Below, piece after piece: positions 28,080 through 36,103 of a stretch of DNA of 40,632 nt (positions are counted from its first letter, which is position 1; every line of letters begins with the position of its first letter). The stretch covers positions 1-40,632 of the IMG/VR virus record IMGVR_UViG_3300017909_002515. One strand, written 5' to 3'. This DNA comes from a virus (Duplodnaviria; Caudoviricetes). The translations under genes and the position numbers were made by a program. A model generated the notes under the pieces. That model ran no database searches. It had not been told where the DNA came from and worked only from the letters and a program-made list of their open reading frames with translations.

Positions 28080-28406
28080 ATGTTGGATTTTAGAGGTTAC
28101 GAGATTGTCGCTGACGGTATTGATGCCGGTCGTTATGCTACTCCAGAAGTCGCAATGCAGGCCTACGTGGATGATTGCCACAGCTATATCTCAGATACCT
28201 CTAAAGATGTATGGGGTTTCCGTTATCGCGGCGCTCTACCTACTACTTTTGCTGAACTAGAAGAAGAGTGTAAGATCTGGGAAGATCGTCTTAACATCCT
28301 TCTGTCCGAAGAACAGCACGAGGAAATAGAAAACCTCAATGCATTCATTCAATACGCGCCTGATCTAGAGACGGCCGAACGTTGGGCCAAGGAGGCCACA
28401 CACTAG
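28080..28406 (+). CDS. Early hypothetical protein
   Basis: YISD.SKD..GFR.R motif, GAGAGGT leader. Confidence 0.75.
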   Translation: MLDFRGYEIVADGIDAGRYATPEVAMQAYVDDCHSYISDTSKDVWGFRYRGALPTTFAELEEECKIWEDRLNILLSEEQHEEIENLNAFIQYAPDLETAERWAKEATH

Positions 28407-29059
28407 TGTTTAGACATGTAGAAACTGAAACCTTACCGACTCTATCGAGAAAAACGATAGAAGGTAAACGTATGTACCTGACTGAAGACGGCAGAAAGTA
28501 TCCTTCTGTCACTACAGTTCTTGGTGCAAGAAACGCGAAAGCAATCCATGAGTGGAGAAAACGTGTTGGTGAAAAGAAAGCAAATGCAATCTCATCTCGC
28601 GCTTCTGCTCGTGGAACTAAGATACATGGTTTCTGCGAAAGTTATTTGTGTAATGAAAGTGTTCCCTATGAAGAACTAAATTTGATCGAGAAAGATATGT
28701 GGTATGAGTTTACCCCTATCCTAGATCGAATTAATAACATTCATCATATTGAAAGTTTCTTGTACAGTGACCATTTACGAATGGCTGGACAAGTGGATTG
28801 CATTGCAGAATTCGATGGTAAACTGACTATCATTGATTTCAAAACTGCTGCAAAACCAAAATACAAAAGTCAGATTAAACATTATTTTGCACAATGCGCT
28901 GCGTATGCAATCATGTACGAAGAACGGACAGGTATCCCTGTTAATCGTATCGCTGTGTTGATTTCGGTACAAGGTGAACAACCTCAAGTGTACATTGAGA
29001 AACGTGATAACTACGTTGATTATCTTATCGAAAGTCGAGATTTATATGAGAACAATTGA
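28406..29059 (+). CDS. PD-(D/E)XK exonuclease (Cas4-like phage exonuclease)
   Basis: YPSVTTVL, RGT.IH, AGQVDCI, IIDFKT, Q..AY. GTG start after AGGAGG. Confidence 0.85.
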   Translation: MFRHVETETLPTLSRKTIEGKRMYLTEDGRKYPSVTTVLGARNAKAIHEWRKRVGEKKANAISSRASARGTKIHGFCESYLCNESVPYEELNLIEKDMWYEFTPILDRINNIHHIESFLYSDHLRMAGQVDCIAEFDGKLTIIDFKTAAKPKYKSQIKHYFAQCAAYAIMYEERTGIPVNRIAVLISVQGEQPQVYIEKRDNYVDYLIESRDLYENN

Positions 29060-29062
29060 GAA

Positions 29063-29192
29063 GTTTCGTCTGCCGGCCTCTCTCTCTCACTCTCACGGCA
29101 GACAAAACCGTAGGCAATATATTATGAACCAACTGATGCCTACAGGGGACAACAGGGTTAACTCTTGCTCTCTGTTGTCCCCACCCTTTTTT
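29063..29192 (+). ncRNA. Candidate three-hairpin small RNA ending in a terminator-like stem
   Basis: Stems gtctgccg/cggcagac (20-nt loop), gtaggca/tgcctac (20-nt loop), ggggacaacag/ctgttgtcccc (16-nt loop), then T6. Confidence 0.65.
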
Positions 29193-29203
29193 GGAGTTTT
29201 GGT

Positions 29204-29752
29204 ATGAATGTATTTTACTTACACCCCATCCCTAAAACTTGTGCAGTAATGCACTGTGACAAACACGTAGTCAAAATGATTATTGAGTATGCACAGTTGA
29301 TGTCTACAGCCCATCGTATGTTGGACGGTACTGAGTACTATGGTAAAACAAAGAATGGGCGTAAAATCAAACGATGGGAACACCCAAAACCCTACATGGA
29401 AAACGCCTTGTATAAAGCAAGTCATGTAAATCATCCAAGTGCAATCTGGTGTCGTGCTAATCACGAGAACTACAACTGGTTGTACAACATGTGGTTGGAA
29501 CTCTGTTACGAGTACACTCATCGATATGGAAAAACTCACCTTTGTGAAACCAAACTGAGAGATGTTTTGTGTCAGTTGCCTGAAAATATTCCTACAGGTA
29601 AATTTACACAACCTACCCCAGCAATGCCTGACATATATAAAAGAGAGGACTCTATTATGGCGTATCGTAATTATTATATGGGTGCTAAGAAAGCTTTTGC
29701 CTCATGGAAGAACAGGGAGGCGCCGATTTGGTATGAACCAGAAACTAGTTGA
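29204..29752 (+). CDS. Pyrimidine-dimer DNA glycosylase (DenV-like) family protein
   Basis: MNVFYL...A..HCDKHVVKMIIEYAQLMSTAH, H.NHPSAIW, EY..RYGK.H, P.AMPD, AYR.YY. Confidence 0.7.
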   Translation: MNVFYLHPIPKTCAVMHCDKHVVKMIIEYAQLMSTAHRMLDGTEYYGKTKNGRKIKRWEHPKPYMENALYKASHVNHPSAIWCRANHENYNWLYNMWLELCYEYTHRYGKTHLCETKLRDVLCQLPENIPTGKFTQPTPAMPDIYKREDSIMAYRNYYMGAKKAFASWKNREAPIWYEPETS

Positions 29753-29894
29753 AGAAGTGGTTAGTTACAAAAAAGAAAACGGTGTCCTCTATTATCTCAA
29801 TGAAAACGGGGAGATCGTTTTTACGCGAGCAGGAGAGTTCGTAGACGAAATACCTGATGGCGAATTTGACAAAGAAGACTTGTGGTTGGACTAA
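29733..29894 (+). CDS. Small acidic hypothetical protein
   Basis: 53-aa ORF filling the gap, GGAGG upstream. Confidence 0.5.
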   Translation: MNQKLVEEVVSYKKENGVLYYLNENGEIVFTRAGEFVDEIPDGEFDKEDLWLD

Positions 29895-29896
29895 AT

Positions 29897-30199
29897 ATGC
29901 CTACATATAACTTTCAAAATAAACAAACTGGTGAAGTCATTGAAAAGTTTATGAAGATTGCCGAAAGGGAAACTTGGTTAAAAGAGAATCCCGATTATCA
30001 ATCTATCATAATGCAGGCTCCATCATTCACGGGTGACCATATCATCTCTAAACAGCAAGACGGGGGAATGAAAGAGGTTCTAGACAGAGTTGCAAACGCA
30101 CACCCTGATAGCCCACTTGCAGACAGATATGGTGACAAGAAATCTATCAAAGACCTTAAGACTAAGGATGTTTTAAGAAAACACGGTATAACAACATGA
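29897..30199 (+). CDS. FmdB-like small regulatory protein (Cys-less variant)
   Basis: MPTYNF.NK.TGE..E....EVL...HP pattern common upstream of phage phoH. Confidence 0.65.
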   Translation: MPTYNFQNKQTGEVIEKFMKIAERETWLKENPDYQSIIMQAPSFTGDHIISKQQDGGMKEVLDRVANAHPDSPLADRYGDKKSIKDLKTKDVLRKHGITT

Positions 30200-30900
30200 G
30201 TAAAAAAGTCTATTTAAAAGATTTGCGCGAACTAAGTCCTATTGGTGAAAATCAAAAACAAGTATTCTCATCTTGGGAAGCTGGTAAAAATCAATTTCTT
30301 TTCGGTGCTGCTGGAACGGGTAAAACCTTTGTTGCACTTTACAATGCGATGTTTGACGTACTAGATAATGAATCTCCATACGAAAGAGTTATTCTTGTGC
30401 GTTCACTTATCCCTACACGAGAAATTGGTTTCTTGCCAGGCGATGAAGAAGATAAATCTGCGTTGTATCAAGTTGGGTACATGAACATGGTAGACTTTAT
30501 GTTTCATGATCCTAGAGGCCCGAACAGCAGTGCCTCCATGTTTGAACTGTTAAAGGAACAAAAACTGTTATACTTTATGTCAACTTCATTTTTACGAGGC
30601 TTGACATTCGACAACAGTATTGTTATAGTAGATGAGTGTCAAAACTTAAACTTTCATGAACTAGACACCATTATTACGAGAACAGGTCAAAACACAAAAA
30701 TTGCTTTTGCGGGTGACTATTCACAAACAGATTTGAAGAACACTAATGAAAAAAATGGTTTGTATGACTTTATGAGAATTCTAGAAAACCTACCTAGTTT
30801 CAATTGCACAGAGTTTGGTATTGGTGACATTGTAAGGTCAGGATTGGTTAAAGAATATCTTATTGAAAAAATAAAACTTGGAATGGGGTCAGAACTATGA
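30196..30900 (+). CDS. phoH: PhoH-family ATPase
   Basis: Walker A GAAGTGKT, IGFLPG, FLRGLTF, VDECQN, GD..QTDL, DIVRSGLVK. Confidence 0.95.
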   Translation: MSKKVYLKDLRELSPIGENQKQVFSSWEAGKNQFLFGAAGTGKTFVALYNAMFDVLDNESPYERVILVRSLIPTREIGFLPGDEEDKSALYQVGYMNMVDFMFHDPRGPNSSASMFELLKEQKLLYFMSTSFLRGLTFDNSIVIVDECQNLNFHELDTIITRTGQNTKIAFAGDYSQTDLKNTNEKNGLYDFMRILENLPSFNCTEFGIGDIVRSGLVKEYLIEKIKLGMGSEL

Positions 30901-31349
30901 ACAGAGAGGCTGTATACGAACAGCTTAAAATAGACGAAGGGGTCAAGTATGAAATCTATAATGACCACCTCGGTTATCCAACATTTGGAGTCGGTCACCT
31001 TGTCAAAGAAAGTGACCCCGAATATGGACAACCAGTTGGAACAGCAGTCAGTGAAGAAAGAGTCCGTGAATGTTTCGAGGGTGACCTTGACACCGCAATC
31101 AGCGAGTGTCGCAATCTATACGGAGAAGGGGACTTTGGAGCCTTACCCGATGAAGTACAGCAAATCCTTGTTAATATGATGTTTAACATGGGTCGAACAA
31201 GATTAAGTAAATTTAAAAAAATGAATGCCGCAATTGCAGAAGGTAATTGGAGTGAGGCAGCATTAGAAGGAAGGGACAGCCGGTGGTACAAACAGGTTAC
31301 TAATCGTGCTGAAAGATTAATGACACGATTGGAGAACATAAATGGCTAG
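30897..31349 (+). CDS. T4-type lysozyme (GH24)
   Basis: IDEG...IYNDHLGYPTFGVGH (Glu-Asp-Thr triad), NMMFNMG, DSRWYKQVTNRA. Confidence 0.9.
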   Translation: MNREAVYEQLKIDEGVKYEIYNDHLGYPTFGVGHLVKESDPEYGQPVGTAVSEERVRECFEGDLDTAISECRNLYGEGDFGALPDEVQQILVNMMFNMGRTRLSKFKKMNAAIAEGNWSEAALEGRDSRWYKQVTNRAERLMTRLENING

Positions 31350-31551
31350 ACTCAGAGAACAAATATTGGAAGCTAGTAAGAAACATTTTGAATCCCACAT
31401 TGAAAAACATAGAATAAACGTAGAGGTTTATTTGTCAGACTCAGTGGGTATAGGTGAACATCCAGACATCATGGAAGCGATTGAAGGTGAACTATCACAA
31501 ATGGCTGAGTATGACGATAAACTAGAAATGTTAGACAAATATTTTGACTAA
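31342..31551 (+). CDS. Conserved small phage hypothetical protein
   Basis: KH..NVEVYL...VGIGEHPDI.EAIE.EL pattern, GGAG RBS. Confidence 0.75.
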   Translation: MARLREQILEASKKHFESHIEKHRINVEVYLSDSVGIGEHPDIMEAIEGELSQMAEYDDKLEMLDKYFD

Positions 31552-31554
31552 ATA
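31547..31554 (+). promoter_or_regulatory. Late-promoter-like box (ACTAAATA) upstream of the tmRNA
   Basis: TAAATA core immediately upstream of the tmRNA acceptor piece. Confidence 0.5.
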
Positions 31555-31559
31555 ACAAA

Positions 31560-31895
31560 CCTATGTACAAAGTATTCGATGAAGCATGAGATAGGAAGTT
31601 TGGACGGGGGTTCAACTCCCCCCGCCTCCACCAAGAGCACATTCCGTAACTGCGTTACTTGTGGTAAGAGTTTCAAAGTGGTGATAGATCATCCATCTGT
31701 TATTCACTGTTCCAAGGAGTGTGTTGTTGATGGGGGCGTTCTGGATTCGACAGACGACTGAAGGCATGTGGAGAATCGACTAACGCAGAAGGTCGTTAAA
31801 CTAGAAGCAAAACTACAAACGCCAATGATGACGTTTACGCTCTAGCCGCTTAAGGTTAGATGGGGTCTGGCCCACCTTATAATCCAACGGGCCAT
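31560..31895 (+). ncRNA. ssrA: Circularly permuted two-piece tmRNA (outer ends approximate)
   Basis: T arm and 3' acceptor GGGGGTTCAACTCCCCC-CGCCTCC-A-CCA (ends 31633) precede the 5' end GGGGGCG..GGATTCGAC (starts 31732). G3-U70 pair. Tag ANDDVYALAA* at 31821-31853. Confidence 0.93.
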
Positions 31896-31911
31896 CTACT
31901 AGGAATTAATT

Positions 31912-32142
31912 ATGGATTTTGAAGAATACACAACAAAAAAGTTTTCTCTTAAAATTGAAGAAATCGCCAGAGACAAAGGTATTACACACTTTGATGCTGT
32001 GCTGTACTACTGTGAAAAAAACGAAATTGAAGTAGAGTACGTCTCTAAGATGCTAACAAAGGCTCTTAAAGACAAGATTGAAATTAACGCTCGAAACTTA
32101 AAGATGATGAAAGATAATGTCGTTACTGAACTTCCTGTTTAA
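31912..32142 (+). CDS. 33: Late transcription coactivator gp33
   Basis: FSL.IE...DAVL.YCE.NEIE......LTK.LK.KIE..A..L, upstream of 59 and 32. Confidence 0.85.
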   Translation: MDFEEYTTKKFSLKIEEIARDKGITHFDAVLYYCEKNEIEVEYVSKMLTKALKDKIEINARNLKMMKDNVVTELPV

Positions 32143-33361
32143 AAGTAAAAAGAAACCATCTGTTACTTTCTATTACGATATACCAAGAGACATATGCGAC
32201 AAGATTAATCCTAAAACCGGCCGCAGAGGCGGTGAATGGGTTAATACTTCGTTGTATTGTAAGACTTGGAACTCGTTACATCCAGACGAACAATATAAGT
32301 GGATAGATTATCCCAACACATATTCTAAGAACTATTCTAAGGGGTTCTTTAACTCTAGTGACCTTGCACCACTTGCAGAAGTGATGCATCGCAATGGAAT
32401 ACGAATTGAAAGAACTGATTTGGGGGAGGAGATAAAAGGTAAATATATCTATCCTCTTTCCTTTGGTGCATCTTCTATATCATATTCCATAACGAGATGG
32501 GGCGCAAATCTATTTGACAATGTAAAAGACTTTGTTGTTGAAGACATTAATAATGGCAAGTGTCTAATGATTTTGTTTGACATTGACGACCCTGAGTCAC
32601 ATGTAATTGAGCCTTGGTGCTGGGAAAAACTTGACGTATTGCTCTCCACCGCAGGTATTGACCCAAGTAAAGTTATTTTTGTAACAAGAAATTTTGGTGA
32701 CTCGTATGTGGCAACTGCATCTACAGAAATGGAGGTAATTACTTGGGACTATTTTGCCTGTGCAGAAAAAATACGAAACTGTGAGAATCCACCTTGGCCC
32801 TTCAATGAGAAAAATACTGGGTATGTTGATAATGTGAAACAAAAGTATGAAGACATATTAAATTATAATCCTAGTAATCCTTTCATAAACAAATTTAAAA
32901 ACAACATGAAACGGTTTGGAATTGACCCAACCTTTGGAGGGAAGATAGAAATTGTTTATGGTAACGGAAAAGGAACAGGATATCCAGAGGGTCTTCTTGA
33001 TGGTTGTTGTACGTTTCCATTGAAACTTCTTAATTGTATGTCTCAAAAGAAACCTTTTATCTATGTAAGCGATGATAACTTAATTGATAAAATGAGAGAA
33101 CTAAACTACAGTGTATATTTTGGTTGGAATTGTGAGTACGCAATGATTGACGATTCTAATAAAAGACTACATTACCTAACTATGTTGTTTAGAGAACTAC
33201 AAGATAAAGAAGACAAAATTGATGAACTGTTGGAAAAAAGTAAAGTCACTGTAGATGCAAACTATGATGCATTAAACAGGGCTGTTCCAGAACAGCAACT
33301 TATTAATCGTATTGTTGATTTTTACTTTGGTGAGAATGTATATGAGGATAGGATTTCTTAA
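32117..33361 (+). CDS. Hypothetical accessory protein
   Basis: 414-aa ORF. The C-terminal K....KPFI....L....Y..N pattern is weakly similar to 21376..22584. Confidence 0.6.
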   Translation: MSLLNFLFKSKKKPSVTFYYDIPRDICDKINPKTGRRGGEWVNTSLYCKTWNSLHPDEQYKWIDYPNTYSKNYSKGFFNSSDLAPLAEVMHRNGIRIERTDLGEEIKGKYIYPLSFGASSISYSITRWGANLFDNVKDFVVEDINNGKCLMILFDIDDPESHVIEPWCWEKLDVLLSTAGIDPSKVIFVTRNFGDSYVATASTEMEVITWDYFACAEKIRNCENPPWPFNEKNTGYVDNVKQKYEDILNYNPSNPFINKFKNNMKRFGIDPTFGGKIEIVYGNGKGTGYPEGLLDGCCTFPLKLLNCMSQKKPFIYVSDDNLIDKMRELNYSVYFGWNCEYAMIDDSNKRLHYLTMLFRELQDKEDKIDELLEKSKVTVDANYDALNRAVPEQQLINRIVDFYFGENVYEDRIS

Positions 33362-34535
33362 TCTAGATAATCCGTATTCGTCAATCGCGGTAGAGATGTC
33401 AAAAGAAGGACATCAAGTAATCGCGTATGATGCTAATGCAAAACTAGAGAAGTATTTTGACGCAACAGGTGAACATAAAAATTTCACCTTTACAACCGAT
33501 CTAGTTAAGGCTACAAAACGTTGTAGTTACGTTTTTGTATTGCACCAATTTTTACCTGAAAGATATTATGACGGAACTGCCCCTATGGTAAAGAGGGGAA
33601 TGCAAAGACAAAACCTAACACATCTAATTGAAACTTTTACAGAACTCTCCAAGATATTAAAACCATCACAAACAGTTATACTAATTGGGAATGTTCCACC
33701 TAGAACAACTAGACAACTTCAAGAGTTGATACCAGCCCCTATATTATATTTGACAGCTGGAGAAAACTTAGATACCGAAAAGATAAATGCAAGAGAGCAG
33801 TTTTGTTCTAGGTACTTGGAGCAAAATTTTCCCGTATACATTGGAACTCCTACTGGTGAGACCAAAGACAAAAGTTTTATTGCATTCGATAGGGACTTTG
33901 CCTTTTGTGGTTGGACAGGAGAAAACCTTGTTAACGGCACTTGGGAAGACATAGAACTTTTAAATATGTGTTGTCGAACTTTTGATGCTATGAATCAAAC
34001 CTTTGTCAACACGGTGCAACATTTGTGTGCAAAGATTGGTGCTGACACAAGATTCGTTTTGAGAAGGATAAAGAAAAGAACCAACCACTCATTTCGTGCT
34101 GGTATAGGGCTAGGTTGTGACTATCCACAGACTTTGATGGATATGTCTTGCTTGACAAATGATATAGGTTTAGGATATGATCCTTTCAGTGAAATGTTGC
34201 TGGCAAGAGAACAGCAGGCAAAACACATTGCAACAAAGATACGAGAACTTGGGGTTAACGTAAAGTTTGGACAAACCGTACCAGAAAGACATAGTTCATC
34301 AGAATGGTTTTACTCTGGAAGAAATATTCCAACCTTTTACAATTCTTTTATTGAACTTGTGAAACACTACGTATTACAGATGGGATGCGTTATCACTGAA
34401 GACATCGATGAAACAGAAGTGTACGTTAAGTCACCGTATGACGAACTTGCGCCAACCCTAACAAGAGGCTGGATAGGAACTGTATTTGACATAACGGAGT
34501 ATTACGGAAGGCCAATAGAACATGAATGGACCTGA
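33342..34535 (+). CDS. Degenerate UDP-glucose/GDP-mannose dehydrogenase-like protein
   Basis: MRIGF...GHQVIAYD N-terminus and AREQQA region fit the family, but GxGxxG is replaced by NLDNPY. Confidence 0.6.
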   Translation: MRIGFLNLDNPYSSIAVEMSKEGHQVIAYDANAKLEKYFDATGEHKNFTFTTDLVKATKRCSYVFVLHQFLPERYYDGTAPMVKRGMQRQNLTHLIETFTELSKILKPSQTVILIGNVPPRTTRQLQELIPAPILYLTAGENLDTEKINAREQFCSRYLEQNFPVYIGTPTGETKDKSFIAFDRDFAFCGWTGENLVNGTWEDIELLNMCCRTFDAMNQTFVNTVQHLCAKIGADTRFVLRRIKKRTNHSFRAGIGLGCDYPQTLMDMSCLTNDIGLGYDPFSEMLLAREQQAKHIATKIRELGVNVKFGQTVPERHSSSEWFYSGRNIPTFYNSFIELVKHYVLQMGCVITEDIDETEVYVKSPYDELAPTLTRGWIGTVFDITEYYGRPIEHEWT

Positions 34536-35100
34536 TGCTCAAGAAATATACTTAATATATTGTGCAATGAAGGCGCACTTTACTACAGACTATGACTATT
34601 ATAAGTTTAAAGGTAAAACTAAAATAAAGGCTCAATCTTTTTTTAATAGAAAGGATAGAATATATTTCGTGAAGTTGGCTAGGAAGTTAAAAACAAAACA
34701 AGAAGTGGAAGAATACTTCATAGCGAACTTTTCAGTGTTGAGAGATAAGTGGATAGGAGACTTTTCTGAAGACATTTACCTAAAGTGGAAAGAAAGAAAA
34801 GACAACATTGTAAACGTTCTTGAAAGGGAACTAACACCGCACGTTAAGAACTTTGAAGAACTGTTTGTAGTAAAGGGACACCCAATACTTTTTAGGGAGT
34901 ATTTGGGAAAGAGAATAAGTGCTGAAACAATGGTAGTGCTAAATACTCTTGTAAACTATTCCAAGGATTGGGATGCAAAAATGGGCAGTGATCGTATTTG
35001 GAAAAAAGAAAAAAAGTTTTTAACTAATTACGAAAAAAGCTTGACAATAAACAAAGATGCATGTAGAATGTGCTTAATTAAAATGATGGAGGTTGGTTAA
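34522..35100 (+). CDS. 59: Helicase loader gp59
   Basis: Y.AMKAHFTT.YDY.KF.GK, RKDR..F.KL, YFIANF, IS.ET. Confidence 0.9.
   Translation: MNGPDAQEIYLIYCAMKAHFTTDYDYYKFKGKTKIKAQSFFNRKDRIYFVKLARKLKTKQEVEEYFIANFSVLRDKWIGDFSEDIYLKWKERKDNIVNVLERELTPHVKNFEELFVVKGHPILFREYLGKRISAETMVVLNTLVNYSKDWDAKMGSDRIWKKEKKFLTNYEKSLTINKDACRMCLIKMMEVG
35041..35069 (+). promoter_or_regulatory. Sigma70-type promoter inside the 3' end of gene 59
   Basis: (GC)TTGACA-N17-TAGAAT, positioned to drive 35100 through gene 32. Confidence 0.6.
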
Positions 35101-35288
35101 TGACCACTCAAGCAGAAGTAATCTCCGAACTGGAGTATAATCTTGAAATCGCTAGAAAGCGAATTCGTGAACTGGAGTATGACTGCGGTCAACTTCAACG
35201 ACAGGTGAACGAGTCACGCGCTCGTTTTAACAAAAACAGAAACAACAAGGGCGCTAGACGTGGTGCAGTACAAAATACAAACAAGTAA
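35100..35288 (+). CDS. Small coiled-coil basic protein
   Basis: GGAGG RBS, TAATG coupling. Confidence 0.65.
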   Translation: MTTQAEVISELEYNLEIARKRIRELEYDCGQLQRQVNESRARFNKNRNNKGARRGAVQNTNK

Positions 35289-36093
35289 ACCAGAACATGT
35301 AGTTTTTGGTAATGGTGAGTCCAGAAAAAACTGGACTCTTAAACCACTGGCTAATGCTACAACTTGGGGCTGTAACGCAATGTATCGAGACTTTGCCCCA
35401 GACAATCTCATTGCAATCGATGTTGGTATACAAAATGAGATTGTCGCTTCTGGGTATACAAGGAGACATCAGTGTTGGTTTGCTGAATGGGAACCTATTC
35501 CAACTGATGCTTTTGCAATTGAAAGTATTATTGCATCTACTGGATTTGCAGAGTCTCAGATTTGTTGCGCTGGTGACCCAGATTCCAATAAAGTAGTTAT
35601 CAACGGTGTTGATACCAGTGATGAAAGGGTACAGGAATTAAAGTTGATGTTTCCACATCTAGATGCAGAAGATTTGGAAGCAAAGCTTAAGTCGGACTAC
35701 GGAATGTACGTGACGTATGTCTCACCAGAAGACAAGATACGTCCAATCTCAGACCCTGAAGGATGGTCAGCAGGGACAACTGCTATGCATCTTGCATGTC
35801 AAGATGGTGCAGAAGTTGTTTATATGATTGGGTTTGATTTATCATCATATTCTAGTCGAATAAATAATATTTACAAGGGGACTCCACATTATCTCCCGCC
35901 TGAGGCAAAGGGGTTCAACCCAATCAACTGGAAAAATCAGTTGTATTTGTTGTTCAAGGAATTCGAAGATGTTCAATTTAAGTGGGCATACGATAGTAAT
36001 TTCTTGAAACAAAATGATTTTGAAAGTGCAAAAGGATTGATAGAACTTCCAAATGTGGAAACAATAGCACACGAAAACATACGTTTAACATAA
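35260..36093 (+). CDS. MptE/Maf/sialyltransferase-like fold protein
   Basis: VFGNGESR, WGCNA.YRDF.PD.L...D, SAG..A..LA, YMIGFDL. Confidence 0.55.
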   Translation: MVQYKIQTSKPEHVVFGNGESRKNWTLKPLANATTWGCNAMYRDFAPDNLIAIDVGIQNEIVASGYTRRHQCWFAEWEPIPTDAFAIESIIASTGFAESQICCAGDPDSNKVVINGVDTSDERVQELKLMFPHLDAEDLEAKLKSDYGMYVTYVSPEDKIRPISDPEGWSAGTTAMHLACQDGAEVVYMIGFDLSSYSSRINNIYKGTPHYLPPEAKGFNPINWKNQLYLLFKEFEDVQFKWAYDSNFLKQNDFESAKGLIELPNVETIAHENIRLT

Positions 36094-36103
36094 GGAGACA
36101 ATT

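Noticed and set aside
28406-29059. True Cas4 acting with the downstream hairpins as guides
   Set aside because: The C-terminal Cys cluster of Cas4 is not visible. It looks like the ordinary T4-like PD-(D/E)XK exonuclease, and adjacency is the only link to the RNA.
29866-29897. TTGACA and ACTAAATA upstream of the FmdB-like gene
   Set aside because: The TAAATA box overlaps the start codon and there is no properly spaced -10 box, so no promoter was called.
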